The notes: generated by a model not told the origin, from the sequence alone. Positions 41,006-50,870 are shown, counted from the stretch's first letter. The stretch is 64,000 nucleotides of DNA from Deinococcota bacterium (GCA_041695225.1 JBGFRI010000035.1:73594-137593); one strand, 5' to 3'. Numbers and translations: made by a program.

Positions 41006-41509
41006 ATGCTGCTTCAGAACCTGAAGGCACTCTACCTGCGCGAAATTTCCACCCTGGGGCGCGAGCTCGATCTCTACCCCGACGACGCCAGCGTCTGGAA
41101 GGAGCTGCCCGGCCTGCCCAACCCTGCCGGAACGCTGTTCTTGCACCTGGCGGGCAGCCTACAGCACTTCTTCGGGGCCACCTTCGGCCATACCGGATAT
41201 GTGCGGGATCGTGCGGCGGAATTCAGCAGGCGTGGCGTGCCGCGAAGCGAAATCCGGCAGGAGCTGTCGGGGGCCAGGCAGGGTGTGCTGGCGGGGTTCG
41301 CAAACCTGACCGAGAACCACTTGGGCCAGCTATTCCCGGTCAGATATGCCGACGGAGAATTCTCGACCCGGCTCACCCTGCTCCAGTTCCTCACTCATCT
41401 GGCCTATCATCTGGGCCAGATTGACTACCACCGCCGGGTGGTGACCGGCGACCGCACCTCGGCCCATGCGATAGCGGCTGCTGTGCTTATAGGAGAAAGC
41501 AGTGACTGA
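41006..41509 (+). CDS. DinB superfamily protein (DUF1572-like)
   Basis: N..G.L.LH..G, Y.RDR..EF and HLAYHLGQI.YHRR. Confidence 0.85.
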   Translation: MLLQNLKALYLREISTLGRELDLYPDDASVWKELPGLPNPAGTLFLHLAGSLQHFFGATFGHTGYVRDRAAEFSRRGVPRSEIRQELSGARQGVLAGFANLTENHLGQLFPVRYADGEFSTRLTLLQFLTHLAYHLGQIDYHRRVVTGDRTSAHAIAAAVLIGESSD

Positions 41510-41987
41510 TGAAGTTATCACCGCTGCATCAACTAAATTTGTGGAGGGGTTGATTGAGGAGTGGAGTTCGTTCGTCCCGGCCACCCGTGCTCTGGACAAC
41601 CTGTCTCCCGAGCAGGCGGTGACCAAACTCGAGGGCTGGCCCCACTCCATTGCCGAGGTGGTCGCCCACATGCTGTTCTGGCAGCGGCACGATCTCCAGA
41701 CCATCGAGACCGGCTCGGAGCCGGAAGTTGACCAGGCTGAAAACTGGCCGGCTGTCACGTCGGACGATTGGCCGCGCCTTAAGGACGCGTTTCTGGCGGC
41801 CCTCGAGCAGGCTAAAGAGATCGCTCGAGACCCCGAAAACCTCGAGCGTGTCATTCTGGGCGGCAAATACTCGGTCGGGGCGAGGCTGGTCTGGTTTACC
41901 GGCCACAACGCCTACCACCTCGGGCAGGTGGTCATGCTGCGGCGCATCCTGGGCGCCTGGCCTCCGCCTGGGGGAGGCATGGAGTGA
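41502..41987 (+). CDS. DinB family protein
   Basis: HSI.E.V.H..FW and HNAYHLGQ. Confidence 0.85.
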   Translation: MTDEVITAASTKFVEGLIEEWSSFVPATRALDNLSPEQAVTKLEGWPHSIAEVVAHMLFWQRHDLQTIETGSEPEVDQAENWPAVTSDDWPRLKDAFLAALEQAKEIARDPENLERVILGGKYSVGARLVWFTGHNAYHLGQVVMLRRILGAWPPPGGGME

Positions 41988-42289
41988 ACCTCGAGTTCAG
42001 CGGTGAAATCTGGGAGTGGCGCGGCCCCGCTCCGTTCTACTTTGTGACCGTGCCCGAGGAGCAGAGCCAGGCCATCAAGAGTGCCGAGCGGTTTTTGACC
42101 TACGGCTGGGGCATGATTCCGGTAAAAGTCCGTATCGGAAAGACCGAGTGGAAGACCTCGCTGTGGCCCAAGGACGGCCTGTACGTCGTCCCGCTCAAGG
42201 ACAAAGTTCGCCAGGCCGAGGGCTTGGGGGCAGGACAGACCGTAGAGGTGTGGCTCGAGGTCGGTTCAGATGAGAAGTGGAAGCAATGA
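41984..42289 (+). CDS. DUF1905 family protein
   Basis: W.GPAP..FV.VP, GWGMIPV, W.TSL.PKD and Y.VP.K. Confidence 0.85.
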   Translation: MNLEFSGEIWEWRGPAPFYFVTVPEEQSQAIKSAERFLTYGWGMIPVKVRIGKTEWKTSLWPKDGLYVVPLKDKVRQAEGLGAGQTVEVWLEVGSDEKWKQ

Positions 42290-42801
42290 ACATTCCCGAG
42301 ATGTACGAGTATCTGGTTCATGCCCGCCGTGAGTTGTGGGGAGTGCTCGAGGCCGTGCCGGATGAGGTTCTGTCGCGCCCGTTGCTGGGCGGTGAGCGCT
42401 TCCACTGCATCAAAGACCTGGTGTTTCACATCGCCTCGGTGGAGGACTTCTGGCTGCACGAGGACATCCAGCGCGACGCACCTGTGTTCGTGACCACCCC
42501 CGTCCTCAACGGCACCGAGGGCGGCCCGGAGTATGCGGGCTTCGCACTACCGACGCTGCTGGACTACTGGCGGGCGGTGGAGGTGAGCACCCTCGAGTAT
42601 CTCTCCACGCTTACGGTCGCAGAGTTACAGCGCGTCCTGAGTCCGCACGACGACCCCCAGAAGCGATACACGGTGGACGGCCTGCTCTGGCATGTGATGG
42701 TTCACGAGATGCGCCACACCGCGCAGATCGCGGTGCTGCTGCGCACCCAGGGCATCAAGCCGCCTGCCCTCGACCTGCTGTGGTATCTGCCCGAGCCGTA
42801 A
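42286..42801 (+). CDS. DinB family protein
   Basis: H...VE.FW and H...HE.RH.AQI; ATGA overlap with DUF1905. Confidence 0.85.
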   Translation: MNIPEMYEYLVHARRELWGVLEAVPDEVLSRPLLGGERFHCIKDLVFHIASVEDFWLHEDIQRDAPVFVTTPVLNGTEGGPEYAGFALPTLLDYWRAVEVSTLEYLSTLTVAELQRVLSPHDDPQKRYTVDGLLWHVMVHEMRHTAQIAVLLRTQGIKPPALDLLWYLPEP

Positions 42802-42837
42802 CGAGCTGGGTGATGTGCTGTCACCAACCCCCCGACG

Positions 42838-43557
42838 CTAGGCGCCGGGATTGTCGGGCTGCTCCGTCTGCTCCCAGAGCTGCTGCTCGATCTCGGCGTT
42901 CTGGCGGTGCAGCCGCAGGATTTGCTCGTTGCCCCTGGCCCGGCGTTGCTCGATGGCCTTGCTGGTAGCGGCCTCGAGGTAGCTCAGGCGCAAAAGCTCG
43001 GTGGCGGTCATGCCGTCGCGGGTGTTGCGGGCCTTGCGGGCACGGCGGAAGTCCGCGGAGTTCATTTTGAGCACACTCTGGTTGGAAAGCGAGCTGACCT
43101 GCTGGTAGATGTGGCCCTCGCCGCCGTGCTTGGCCACCGTGGACATGAAGCGCTTGCGTGACTCCACGCTCTCGAGCCGGGCCGAGAGCCAGCGTCGGTG
43201 CCCGGGCGAGGGGCTGCGCTCGACCACCTCGGCGGCCAGGGTCACGTCACCCTCCAGGTAGCGCCGCAGGATCTCCCTGGCCCTGCCGCGCCATCGCCGG
43301 GCCTCGAGGGTATCCAGGCTGAAGACCAACATGGCATATTCGGTGTAGCTAAGCGCGGCCTCGCGCACCCCGCCAAAGCTGCGCAGGCTGGGGCGCAGCC
43401 CATGTGCGCGAGCGAGGGCCTCGAGTTCTTCTGGGACCCCGCTCAGACCCAAAGAGCGGAGGGCCTCAAGGGCGTGGATGCGTCCGTCGGGGGTGGCGCG
43501 TACGCTGCTTTTGCCGAACCTGACGAAGGAGGTAGGTTTCGTGCGGGTTGCATTCAC
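42838..43557 (-). CDS. ddrC: DdrC-like DNA damage response protein
   Basis: Full-length similarity to Deinococcus DdrC as recalled: LDT.EARRW..RARE.L, GDV..AA...ER.P, RRWL.ARLES, TVA.HGGEG, TRDG.T..ELLRL.Y, ARGN..IL.LH; GTG start 6 nt after TATACT. Confidence 0.88.
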   Translation of the reverse strand: MNATRTKPTSFVRFGKSSVRATPDGRIHALEALRSLGLSGVPEELEALARAHGLRPSLRSFGGVREAALSYTEYAMLVFSLDTLEARRWRGRAREILRRYLEGDVTLAAEVVERSPSPGHRRWLSARLESVESRKRFMSTVAKHGGEGHIYQQVSSLSNQSVLKMNSADFRRARKARNTRDGMTATELLRLSYLEAATSKAIEQRRARGNEQILRLHRQNAEIEQQLWEQTEQPDNPGA

Positions 43558-43576
43558 CTCCCCAGTATAACACAAA

Positions 43577-43593
43577 TTATGTTTTTAGCAAAA
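43577..43593. promoter_or_regulatory. RDRM (DdrO box)-like site 1
   Basis: TTATGTTTTTAGCAAAA overlapping the putative -35 of ddrC. Confidence 0.7.
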
Positions 43594-43732
43594 TATAACC
43601 AGCGCCGGATTGCTCCTAAAACAACCCTGTCAATCAGGGTATTTTTCTGTTTCAGAACGATAAACCTGCCTCCAAGCCCAGCCCGTAACACCCCTGTGAT
43701 ACAAATTCCTAAAAACCATGAATCGGATCTGA

Positions 43733-43749
43733 TTATGTAAAAAACAGAA
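43733..43749. promoter_or_regulatory. RDRM (DdrO box)-like site 2
   Basis: TTATGTAAAAAACAGAA fits the 17-bp RDRM consensus. Confidence 0.7.
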
Positions 43750-43787
43750 AATCAAAGAACCTCGCGCTCCAACTTCAGACCATTGGC

Positions 43788-44240
43788 TCACGAACGAACC
43801 CAGTGTTTGAGGAAATCTACCAGCGCCTGCAACTCCCTGGGTTTGGCATTATAGGTCATGTGGGTGGGATTACGGCCTTCCCAACCAGCAAAACCCTGGG
43901 GCAGGGCGGGCAGATCGGCGGGATAGGCCTGGATCTCAAGTTCGATTTTGTCCGAGAAGATCCGATACGAAACCGCAGCTTTGGGAAGGTATTTGAGATC
44001 GGTGCTGGCCAGGTAGTTTTGGAGTACCAGAAAGTGCGCAAAAAACTGACCCATGTGGTCGCGGGGACGAAACCCCAACCCATCGCACTCGAGGCGAAAG
44101 CCAAAATGCCCCTCCACACTGGCCCTGGTCTGTAAGTTGCGGGGATTTTCCAGTGGGAGCCACTCGGTTTGCCCGCTGATCAAGAGTTGTATTTCCAAGG
44201 GAGGCTTGGGCTTATACGGCTGCTGGCTCTCTAAAGACAT
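43788..44240 (-). CDS. hypothetical protein
   Basis: 150-aa ORF filling the gap, with protein-like composition; no recognised motif. Confidence 0.6.
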   Translation of the reverse strand: MSLESQQPYKPKPPLEIQLLISGQTEWLPLENPRNLQTRASVEGHFGFRLECDGLGFRPRDHMGQFFAHFLVLQNYLASTDLKYLPKAAVSYRIFSDKIELEIQAYPADLPALPQGFAGWEGRNPTHMTYNAKPRELQALVDFLKHWVRS

Positions 44241-44531
44241 GGATTTCACCCCTTGCACCCCATCATAGTGCAGAGAAAGTGAGCAGGGGAGAGAAGCGCG
44301 TGGGAGCTGGAGTCTGGGACTGGTTACTCCCTGCTTTTGGCCCCTTGCCGCTGAATGGCGATTTCCTATAGCATCTTGGGGCAGTTTGCCCTACACTCTT
44401 TTCTGGACAGCGCACGGTGGATGCCGTGGTAGTGCTTGCCCCTGTGCTTGCACCGAGACATTCAGACCGTAGCCTGGGCGCCCACCTCCTTCCTGCTTAA
44501 GGAGAGCGCTTTAAGGAGACCGGGATTCAAG

Positions 44532-46424
44532 TTGGAGAAGCTCAAACGTTACACTGCCAAGGATGCCGAAGAAACCTACCTCGTCCCCCACTGGGCGGCG
44601 GGGTTTTTTCGGGTGGGAGAGGATGGCGAGCTCGAGGTCACACCGACTGGCGAAGACGGCTCCAGCGCTTCGCTCTATGAGATCGTGCAGGACTTGCGGG
44701 ATGAAGGTCGTCCTCTGCCTGTAATGCTGCGCTTTCCTCAGATTCTGGAAGCTCGAGTGGTGGCCCTGAACGAAGCCTTCAAGCGGGCTATCAAAAAGTA
44801 TCACTTCGACGCTGAATACCGGGGCCTTTATCCGGTCAAGGTAAACCAGCGGCGCATGGTAGTGGAGACCATTGCCCGGGCCGGGAGGCCTTATGCTCAC
44901 GGCCTCGAGGCCGGCTCCAAAGCCGAGCTGGCCCTGATCCTGGCGCAGAACCTGCATCCCCAGGCCATCATCGCCTGCAATGGCTTCAAAGACGACGACT
45001 TCATCCGCCTGGCCCTGATGGGCAAAAAACTGGGCAAAAACGTCATCATTACCCTGGAGAAATTCGCCGAACTGGGCCGGGTCATTCGCATTGCCCAGGA
45101 GCTCGAGGTAGAACCGCAGATCGGCATCCGGTACAAGCCCAAGACCAAAGGCTCGGGCCAGTGGGAAGAATCGGGCGGCGAGGCCGCCAAATTCGGCTTC
45201 ACCACCCCCGAGATCATTCGTGCCGTGGACATGCTGGCCGAGGCCGGAATGCTGGGAACCATCGCCATGTTGCACTCGCACATCGGCAGCCAGGTTACCG
45301 ACATCCGCCGCATCAAACAGGCCGTGCGCGAGATTGCCCAGACCTATGTGCAGCTACGCAAACTGGGGGCCCCTGTACGCTACCTCAACCTGGGCGGTGG
45401 CCTGGCGGTAGACTACGACGGCTCCAAAACCGCCTTCTACGCCTCGGCCAACTACTCCCTGAACGAGTACGCCGAAGATCTGGTCTACGTCACCATGGAA
45501 GTCTGCGACTCTCATGGCGAACCCCACCCCAGTCTGGTCACCGAGTCGGGCCGGGCCATCACCGCCTACCACAGTGTGTTGGTGCTGGAAGTGGTGGATA
45601 CCATCCGCCCTCCCGGCGAAGAGAAAGTTGAGCAACCCAAAGACGTCCATCCAGTGGTCAAGGATATGTTCGACCTGGCCAGAAGCATCTCGGCCAAGAA
45701 CTACCGCGAGGTCTACCACGACGCCTTCGCCAACAAGGACACCATCCAGAACCTCTACGACCTGGGCCTGATCTCGCTGCGCGACCGGGCGGCTGCCGAG
45801 GCGCTGTTCTACCAGATTGCCCGCAAGACCCTCAAGCTGGCTTTGGAGCTCGACTACCCCGCCGACGAACTCGAAGACCTGCAAAAAATGTTAGCCGACA
45901 AGCTGGTCTGCAACTTCAGCCTCTTCCAGAGCCTGCCCGATTCCTGGGCCATCAAGCAGATGTTCCCCATCGTGCCGCTCTCACGCCTGAACGAGCGCCC
46001 CACCCGCGAGGCCACCCTGGTGGACATCACCTGCGACAGCGATGGCAAGTTTGACCGCTTCATTGATACCCACGATGTACGCAACACCCTGCCCGTCCAC
46101 GAAATTCGCGAAGGCGAGCGCTACTACCTGGGGGTTTTCCTCACCGGGGCCTACCAGGACGTTCTGGGCATGAACCACAACCTCTTCGGGCGTATTGGCG
46201 AGGCCCACGTGATGGTAGACCAGGATGGCTACGACATCGAGCGCTTCATCCTGGGTGAGAAGGCCCGGCGGGTGATTGAGAAGATGGGCTACGAGGACGA
46301 CGAGTTGGCTGAAGCAGTCGAGAAGCTGGTGCGTTCCTCGAAGAAGCTGACCCCGGTGGAGAAAGGCTCGTTCATGGAGCTGTATGCGCGGGAACTGGTG
46401 GGGTACACGTACCTGGAAGATTAG
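44532..46424 (+). CDS. speA: biosynthetic arginine decarboxylase
   Basis: YPVKVNQ, GLEAGSK.EL, HSHIGSQ, GGGL.VDYDG, DITCDSDG and GAYQD; TTG start is uncertain. Confidence 0.95.
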   Translation: MEKLKRYTAKDAEETYLVPHWAAGFFRVGEDGELEVTPTGEDGSSASLYEIVQDLRDEGRPLPVMLRFPQILEARVVALNEAFKRAIKKYHFDAEYRGLYPVKVNQRRMVVETIARAGRPYAHGLEAGSKAELALILAQNLHPQAIIACNGFKDDDFIRLALMGKKLGKNVIITLEKFAELGRVIRIAQELEVEPQIGIRYKPKTKGSGQWEESGGEAAKFGFTTPEIIRAVDMLAEAGMLGTIAMLHSHIGSQVTDIRRIKQAVREIAQTYVQLRKLGAPVRYLNLGGGLAVDYDGSKTAFYASANYSLNEYAEDLVYVTMEVCDSHGEPHPSLVTESGRAITAYHSVLVLEVVDTIRPPGEEKVEQPKDVHPVVKDMFDLARSISAKNYREVYHDAFANKDTIQNLYDLGLISLRDRAAAEALFYQIARKTLKLALELDYPADELEDLQKMLADKLVCNFSLFQSLPDSWAIKQMFPIVPLSRLNERPTREATLVDITCDSDGKFDRFIDTHDVRNTLPVHEIREGERYYLGVFLTGAYQDVLGMNHNLFGRIGEAHVMVDQDGYDIERFILGEKARRVIEKMGYEDDELAEAVEKLVRSSKKLTPVEKGSFMELYARELVGYTYLED

Positions 46425-46536
46425 CGCGACGAGCCGATGATTAGACAACGAATATTGCTATCTCAATGTGCTGATGGCCTCAACCCTAAAACCCTGGATT
46501 TCTTCGCAAACGGAACGCACTGCGTATGATTAGCTC

Positions 46537-47220
46537 GTGGACTACGACGTACTCATCGTGGGGGCGGGGTTTGCGGGCTGCGAGGCGGCCTATGCGCTGG
46601 CAATGAAAGGGAGGAGGGTCGGGCTGGTTACCACCAGCCTGGACTCGGTTTTCCTGCCTTTCACGCCCATCCAGGCCCCCTTCCCCCAGGGTTCTTTGCT
46701 GGCCGAGGTGGGAGAAGACGGTCTCAAGGGCTGGGCTTTGCACAGCCGGGCCAAGTACAAACTGGAAAACCACTCCCGCATTCACCTCCTGCAACTCTCG
46801 GTGACCCGGTTGCAGTTGGAAGGACAGGCCGCAGTGGGTATCGAAACTTGGGAGGGGCCGCGCAAAACCGCCGCAACAGTGGTACTGGCGGTGGGGAGTT
46901 TTCTGGGGCCCAAACTCTACCTTGGCAGCATGGCCGAGGAAGCCGGGCGCCTGTCGGAGGTGGCCTATCCCGACCTCTACCAGCACCTGAGACAGCTTGG
47001 TTTTGCCTTCACCACCCAGCAGGCCGAGGTTGCCGAGCGGGACGGAACCCCCGGCTATCGTGTCGAGTACAGGGTATTTGCCGAGGCTGAGTGGGATTCG
47101 GCTTCCTTTCGGCTGCACCGCCTGGAAGGTCTGTATGGACTGGGCCTGTGCGTGCTGGGCCAGGGCACGTATGCCCGGATGGCCGAAGAAGGGTTGCGTT
47201 TAGCGGTCGCAATGGATTAA
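46537..47220 (+). CDS. small GidA/MnmG-related FAD protein
   Basis: VGAGFAGCEAA, V.LAVGSFL and E.AGRL.E. Confidence 0.8.
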   Translation: MDYDVLIVGAGFAGCEAAYALAMKGRRVGLVTTSLDSVFLPFTPIQAPFPQGSLLAEVGEDGLKGWALHSRAKYKLENHSRIHLLQLSVTRLQLEGQAAVGIETWEGPRKTAATVVLAVGSFLGPKLYLGSMAEEAGRLSEVAYPDLYQHLRQLGFAFTTQQAEVAERDGTPGYRVEYRVFAEAEWDSASFRLHRLEGLYGLGLCVLGQGTYARMAEEGLRLAVAMD

Positions 47221-48230
47221 AGCAGGCGAGACTGTCCAGCCCGGATCAGTTCCAGTATCTTTCGATCCAGCCGCGATAAAGGGCGGTTCTTGGGGTTTTC
47301 CCTGGCCTCCCAGTGAGCTTGGTAGACCTGAATGTGTAGTTTGCGGTGGGTGAAGTTGTGGCGTACGGTGCCCACGGGCTCGGCGGAGTCCAGCCCGAAG
47401 CGGGCCAGCAGGCGGCCCAGGGCCCCCGGGCCCTCCTCCATCGGAAAGCCCCACAGTCCACCCAGAACGCGGCCCTGGCGCAGCTCGAGGTGGACTCCTT
47501 TCGGCCCCTGTAAAACCAGCGCCACCACCTCGAGGCCTTTCTGTTTGCGCGCTCTGGTGGCAGGATAGCGCTCGGGGCGGGTTTTCCCCTGGCAAAACCG
47601 GGCCGCTGGGCAGACCCTGCAGCCCGGGTTCTGGGGCGTGCAAACCGTAGCGCCCAGTTCCATCAGGGCCTGGTTCCAGTCGCCGGGCAGGGAGCCGTCG
47701 GAGGTGTTCACACTCCCGCCCCAGTAGACCAGCTCGGCCATCAGGGTATCGGCGGCTTCCTGCACTTGCTTAGGGTTTGGATTTTCCCAGGCATTCCAGC
47801 GCGACAAGACCCGCCGCACATTGCCATCCGCCGCCGCGACCGGCTCGCCAAACGCAATCGAGGCTACGGCGGCTGCGGTGTAGGGGCCGATGCCGGGCAG
47901 GGCCTGCAATTCACTGGACGATCTGGGGAGATGCTGGCTGCCAGAGATAATCTTGTGGGCCAGCTTGTGCAGGTTGCGGGCCCTGGCGTAGTAGCCACAA
48001 CCCTGCCAGGCTTTGAGTACGGCCTCCTGGTCGGCCCTGGCCAGGTCTTCCAGGGTAGGGAATTGCTGCAAAAAACGCTGGTAATAAGGAATGGCCTGCT
48101 CGACCCTGGTCTGCTGCAACAGGACTTCCGACACCAGAATCCTGTAGGGGTCTGACTCCCCCCGCCACGGTAGCTTGCGCTTGTGGAGTTGATACCAGGT
48201 CAACAGGGTGCTGTGGAGGTCGCTGGGCAT
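47217..48230 (-). CDS. mutY: A/G-specific adenine glycosylase
   Basis: LPWR, VSE.LLQQT.V, W.G.GYY.RA, LPGIGPYTA, DGNV.RV and CX6CX2CX5C. Confidence 0.95.
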   Translation of the reverse strand: MPSDLHSTLLTWYQLHKRKLPWRGESDPYRILVSEVLLQQTRVEQAIPYYQRFLQQFPTLEDLARADQEAVLKAWQGCGYYARARNLHKLAHKIISGSQHLPRSSSELQALPGIGPYTAAAVASIAFGEPVAAADGNVRRVLSRWNAWENPNPKQVQEAADTLMAELVYWGGSVNTSDGSLPGDWNQALMELGATVCTPQNPGCRVCPAARFCQGKTRPERYPATRARKQKGLEVVALVLQGPKGVHLELRQGRVLGGLWGFPMEEGPGALGRLLARFGLDSAEPVGTVRHNFTHRKLHIQVYQAHWEARENPKNRPLSRLDRKILELIRAGQSRLL

Positions 48231-48305
48231 AGTCGGAAAAAATCATGGGCCAGGGGTCGGCCCTCGGTTGTAAGGCGGGTTCATCCGGTACGGCTGGCTG
48301 CCAGC

Positions 48306-48707
48306 CTAGCCTACGAGCTTCCGATGCACCACCATCAAACAGCGATCCTGCACTACCTGCATCCCCGCCTGCTGCAGGGTCTCGGCAAACCCGTCGTGGA
48401 TAATTCCCGACTGCAACCAGACCAGCCGGGGCCGGACGTGCAGGATTTCCTCGAGGTGGTCGGGCAGGGCCTGGCTGCGGCGAAACACGTTCAGGATGTC
48501 TACTGGTTCGCCCAGGTCGGTCAGCCTGCTAACCACGGTCTGCCCCCAGAGTTCCTGCCCCGCATAGCCCGGATTGACCGGAAGGAGCTTATACCCCTTG
48601 CGATGCAGATAGTCGGGCACATAAAAAGCCGGTTTGTTGGGGTTGGGGTGGGCACCCAAGACCGCTACCGTGCGGGTCGAAAGCAGAAAGTCCAGCAGGT
48701 GCTCCAA
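48306..48707 (-). CDS. CoA-binding protein
   Basis: AVLGA, PVNP, VFRRS, WLQ.GI and DRC; TTG start after GGAGG. Confidence 0.88.
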   Translation of the reverse strand: MEHLLDFLLSTRTVAVLGAHPNPNKPAFYVPDYLHRKGYKLLPVNPGYAGQELWGQTVVSRLTDLGEPVDILNVFRRSQALPDHLEEILHVRPRLVWLQSGIIHDGFAETLQQAGMQVVQDRCLMVVHRKLVG

Positions 48708-48708
48708 A

Positions 48709-49278
48709 CTAACCTCCTTCTTGCTGCTGCAGCAGCTCGGCAATTTCGTGGTGGCCGGCCTCGAGGGCCATCTGCAAGGCGGTTTTACCCTGGTAGTTCT
48801 GCCAGCTCAGGTCGGGGCTGGTCTGATCCAGCAGCCAGCGCACCAGCCCCAGATCACCCCGGCCAACGGCCAGGCTCAGGGCCATGCTGCTTCCTTCTTG
48901 AGCCCCGTACGCCCAGACCAGCTCGAGCATCTCTTCCTTACCCGAAAGTGCGGCGTGGGGCAGCAATGCAATGCCGTGGGCGCTCTTATGGGCTGCCCGC
49001 GCGGGGTTTTCCTCGAGCATCTGCTGCACGGTCCGGGTATCCCCCAGCATGGCAGCCGTCGAAATTTCCAGCGGTGCGCCCCGGGCCAGAAGATACTCCA
49101 CGATGACCCGGCTGCCCACATGGGCCGCTCCCTGGATGGCGGTTTCGGTGTCGCCGGGCCGCCACTGGTGGGCCTGATTCAAGAGTTCGGGGGTTTCGTT
49201 CAGCATAGCCTGGACCCTGGCCAGGTCGCCATGACCGGCCATGACAAACTCGCGGATGCGCTCGGGGGAGAGGCTCAT
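48709..49278 (-). CDS. ankyrin repeat protein
   Basis: HGDL..V, ETA...AAH.G and GKTALQMA...GH.EIAELL. Confidence 0.85.
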   Translation of the reverse strand: MSLSPERIREFVMAGHGDLARVQAMLNETPELLNQAHQWRPGDTETAIQGAAHVGSRVIVEYLLARGAPLEISTAAMLGDTRTVQQMLEENPARAAHKSAHGIALLPHAALSGKEEMLELVWAYGAQEGSSMALSLAVGRGDLGLVRWLLDQTSPDLSWQNYQGKTALQMALEAGHHEIAELLQQQEGG

Positions 49279-49518
49279 GCCTCGAGTCTACCCCCTTGAG
49301 GTAGTTGCAGGTTGCAATGCCTGCAGTGGTCTGGTAACAAAGCATTAAGCTCGCATACCCTCCCACGCCATCAATCTTCGCAGAGCTGCCAGGGAGATCT
49401 GAGACACAACACCCGCCCAGAGAAATACGACCTGCGACCTGAGGGGTGCAGTATTTTTAAGGGCATCCACCGGTCTAAAAATAAGTTACTTACCAAACCC
49501 TAAGCTGGCCCAAAGGGC

Positions 49519-50442
49519 TCATTTTGGAGAGCTAAATCGCTCGGGGTGAGCGGCCTGGTACATCCGCCAGGAGTCCCAGTCACGGGGAAGGTTTTGACCC
49601 TTCGACCACGCCCAGAAGTTCATCAGCAGCGAGCGGGCGGTGCGGGTCTCTTGGTAGTAAATCTCGGCCCCGAGGCCCCCTTCTTCCATCAGGCCCGAGT
49701 CGTAATAGGTTTGCAGCGCAGCCTGTAAGTTGTAGGGAATTTGACGGAAATCCACCTGAAGATGGTTTTCACCTATTTCTACCACCGCGTATTGTGCGCG
49801 CACGTCGCCGTTGAAAGGGGCTCCCACTGCCCCGCTGTTCAGTACCAGGGCCTCGCCCAACGGGTACATGTAGGTGCGGTGGGTATGCGACCCCACCAGC
49901 AGCCGGGCCGGGTAGTCTTCACTGATTTCGGTAAGGATGCCCGGAGTCTGGTGTTCATCGTAGCCCTCTCGGTAGTGGCGGGGTGAGCCATGGGTTGCCC
50001 GTACCAGAACCCTTTCGCCAATCCCCTCTGCTTGCTCCAGCCCAAAGACCCGCCGGGGGAATTCCTCGATGGCAACCTGAAAGGGCAGGCTGCCCACCCA
50101 GTCCAGGTGGGCCTGGGGGAGCTGGGCCACCGACCAGGCGGTGGGTTCAAACAAGGGATCGTTGTAGAGTTCGGCCAGAGCAGGGTCGCGCCGGGCCCAT
50201 CTGGCCACCAGATCGTCGTGGTTGCCCAGGGTGAACCAGAAGCCCTCGGGTGCGAGGGCGTGCCCCTGCCTGGAAGATTTGAGGTCGAGCAAGCACTCCA
50301 CCACTTCGCGGCTGGAAGGCCCCCGGTTTACGAGGTCGCCATTGACGACCACCAGATGGGCTCTAACCTGCCCCAGATCGGCCAGAACGGCCTCGAGCGC
50401 CGGAAGATTGCCGTGGATGTCCGACAAGACCGCAATGCGCAT
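49519..50442 (-). CDS. metallophosphoesterase family protein
   Basis: SDIHGN, GDLVNRGP, GNHD, HGSP, HTH and NSG.VG. Confidence 0.9.
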   Translation of the reverse strand: MRIAVLSDIHGNLPALEAVLADLGQVRAHLVVVNGDLVNRGPSSREVVECLLDLKSSRQGHALAPEGFWFTLGNHDDLVARWARRDPALAELYNDPLFEPTAWSVAQLPQAHLDWVGSLPFQVAIEEFPRRVFGLEQAEGIGERVLVRATHGSPRHYREGYDEHQTPGILTEISEDYPARLLVGSHTHRTYMYPLGEALVLNSGAVGAPFNGDVRAQYAVVEIGENHLQVDFRQIPYNLQAALQTYYDSGLMEEGGLGAEIYYQETRTARSLLMNFWAWSKGQNLPRDWDSWRMYQAAHPERFSSPK

Positions 50443-50561
50443 GCTGCTAAGGTGCGCCCGCATAAGGTGTACAAGCGGGCTTTGAAACATAGATTAACTG
50501 CGGGTGTTTGTCCCGAGCGGCTTGAGGTCGGTGCTTTTTGCCAAACATAGTCGAGAGCAAC

Positions 50562-50783
50562 TTAGTCTCCTGGGGGTGCGAAGGGGTTTCCTTGAATGGT
50601 GATGAGGCCGGTAGCCAGGGCCACCACGGCCAGCAGGCTGACTACGCTGAGGGCCAGCAGCAGCAGCCAGAAAAAATCCCGCAGGCCCCATAACGGCGAG
50701 GTTTTAGGGGTTTGGCGTAGCACCAGAAAACCCGCCAGGGCGATTACCCACAGAAATGCCAGCACCAAAAGCGCTCTGCCCAC
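50562..50783 (-). CDS. small two-TM membrane protein
   Basis: Two hydrophobic helices. Confidence 0.6.
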   Translation of the reverse strand: MGRALLVLAFLWVIALAGFLVLRQTPKTSPLWGLRDFFWLLLLALSVVSLLAVVALATGLITIQGNPFAPPGD

Positions 50784-50870
50784 TGCTTGTCCAGGATAGC
50801 AGTCAAACCCAGTTCCAAATAGAAGGGGGCCAACCTTTGTTGCAAAGATGCCCAGATCAGCCTGGTGCGT

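Noticed and set aside
43645..43663. Further RDRM-like sequence TTCTGTTTCAGAACGATAA
   Set aside because: Half-site spacing is one base off the 17-bp consensus
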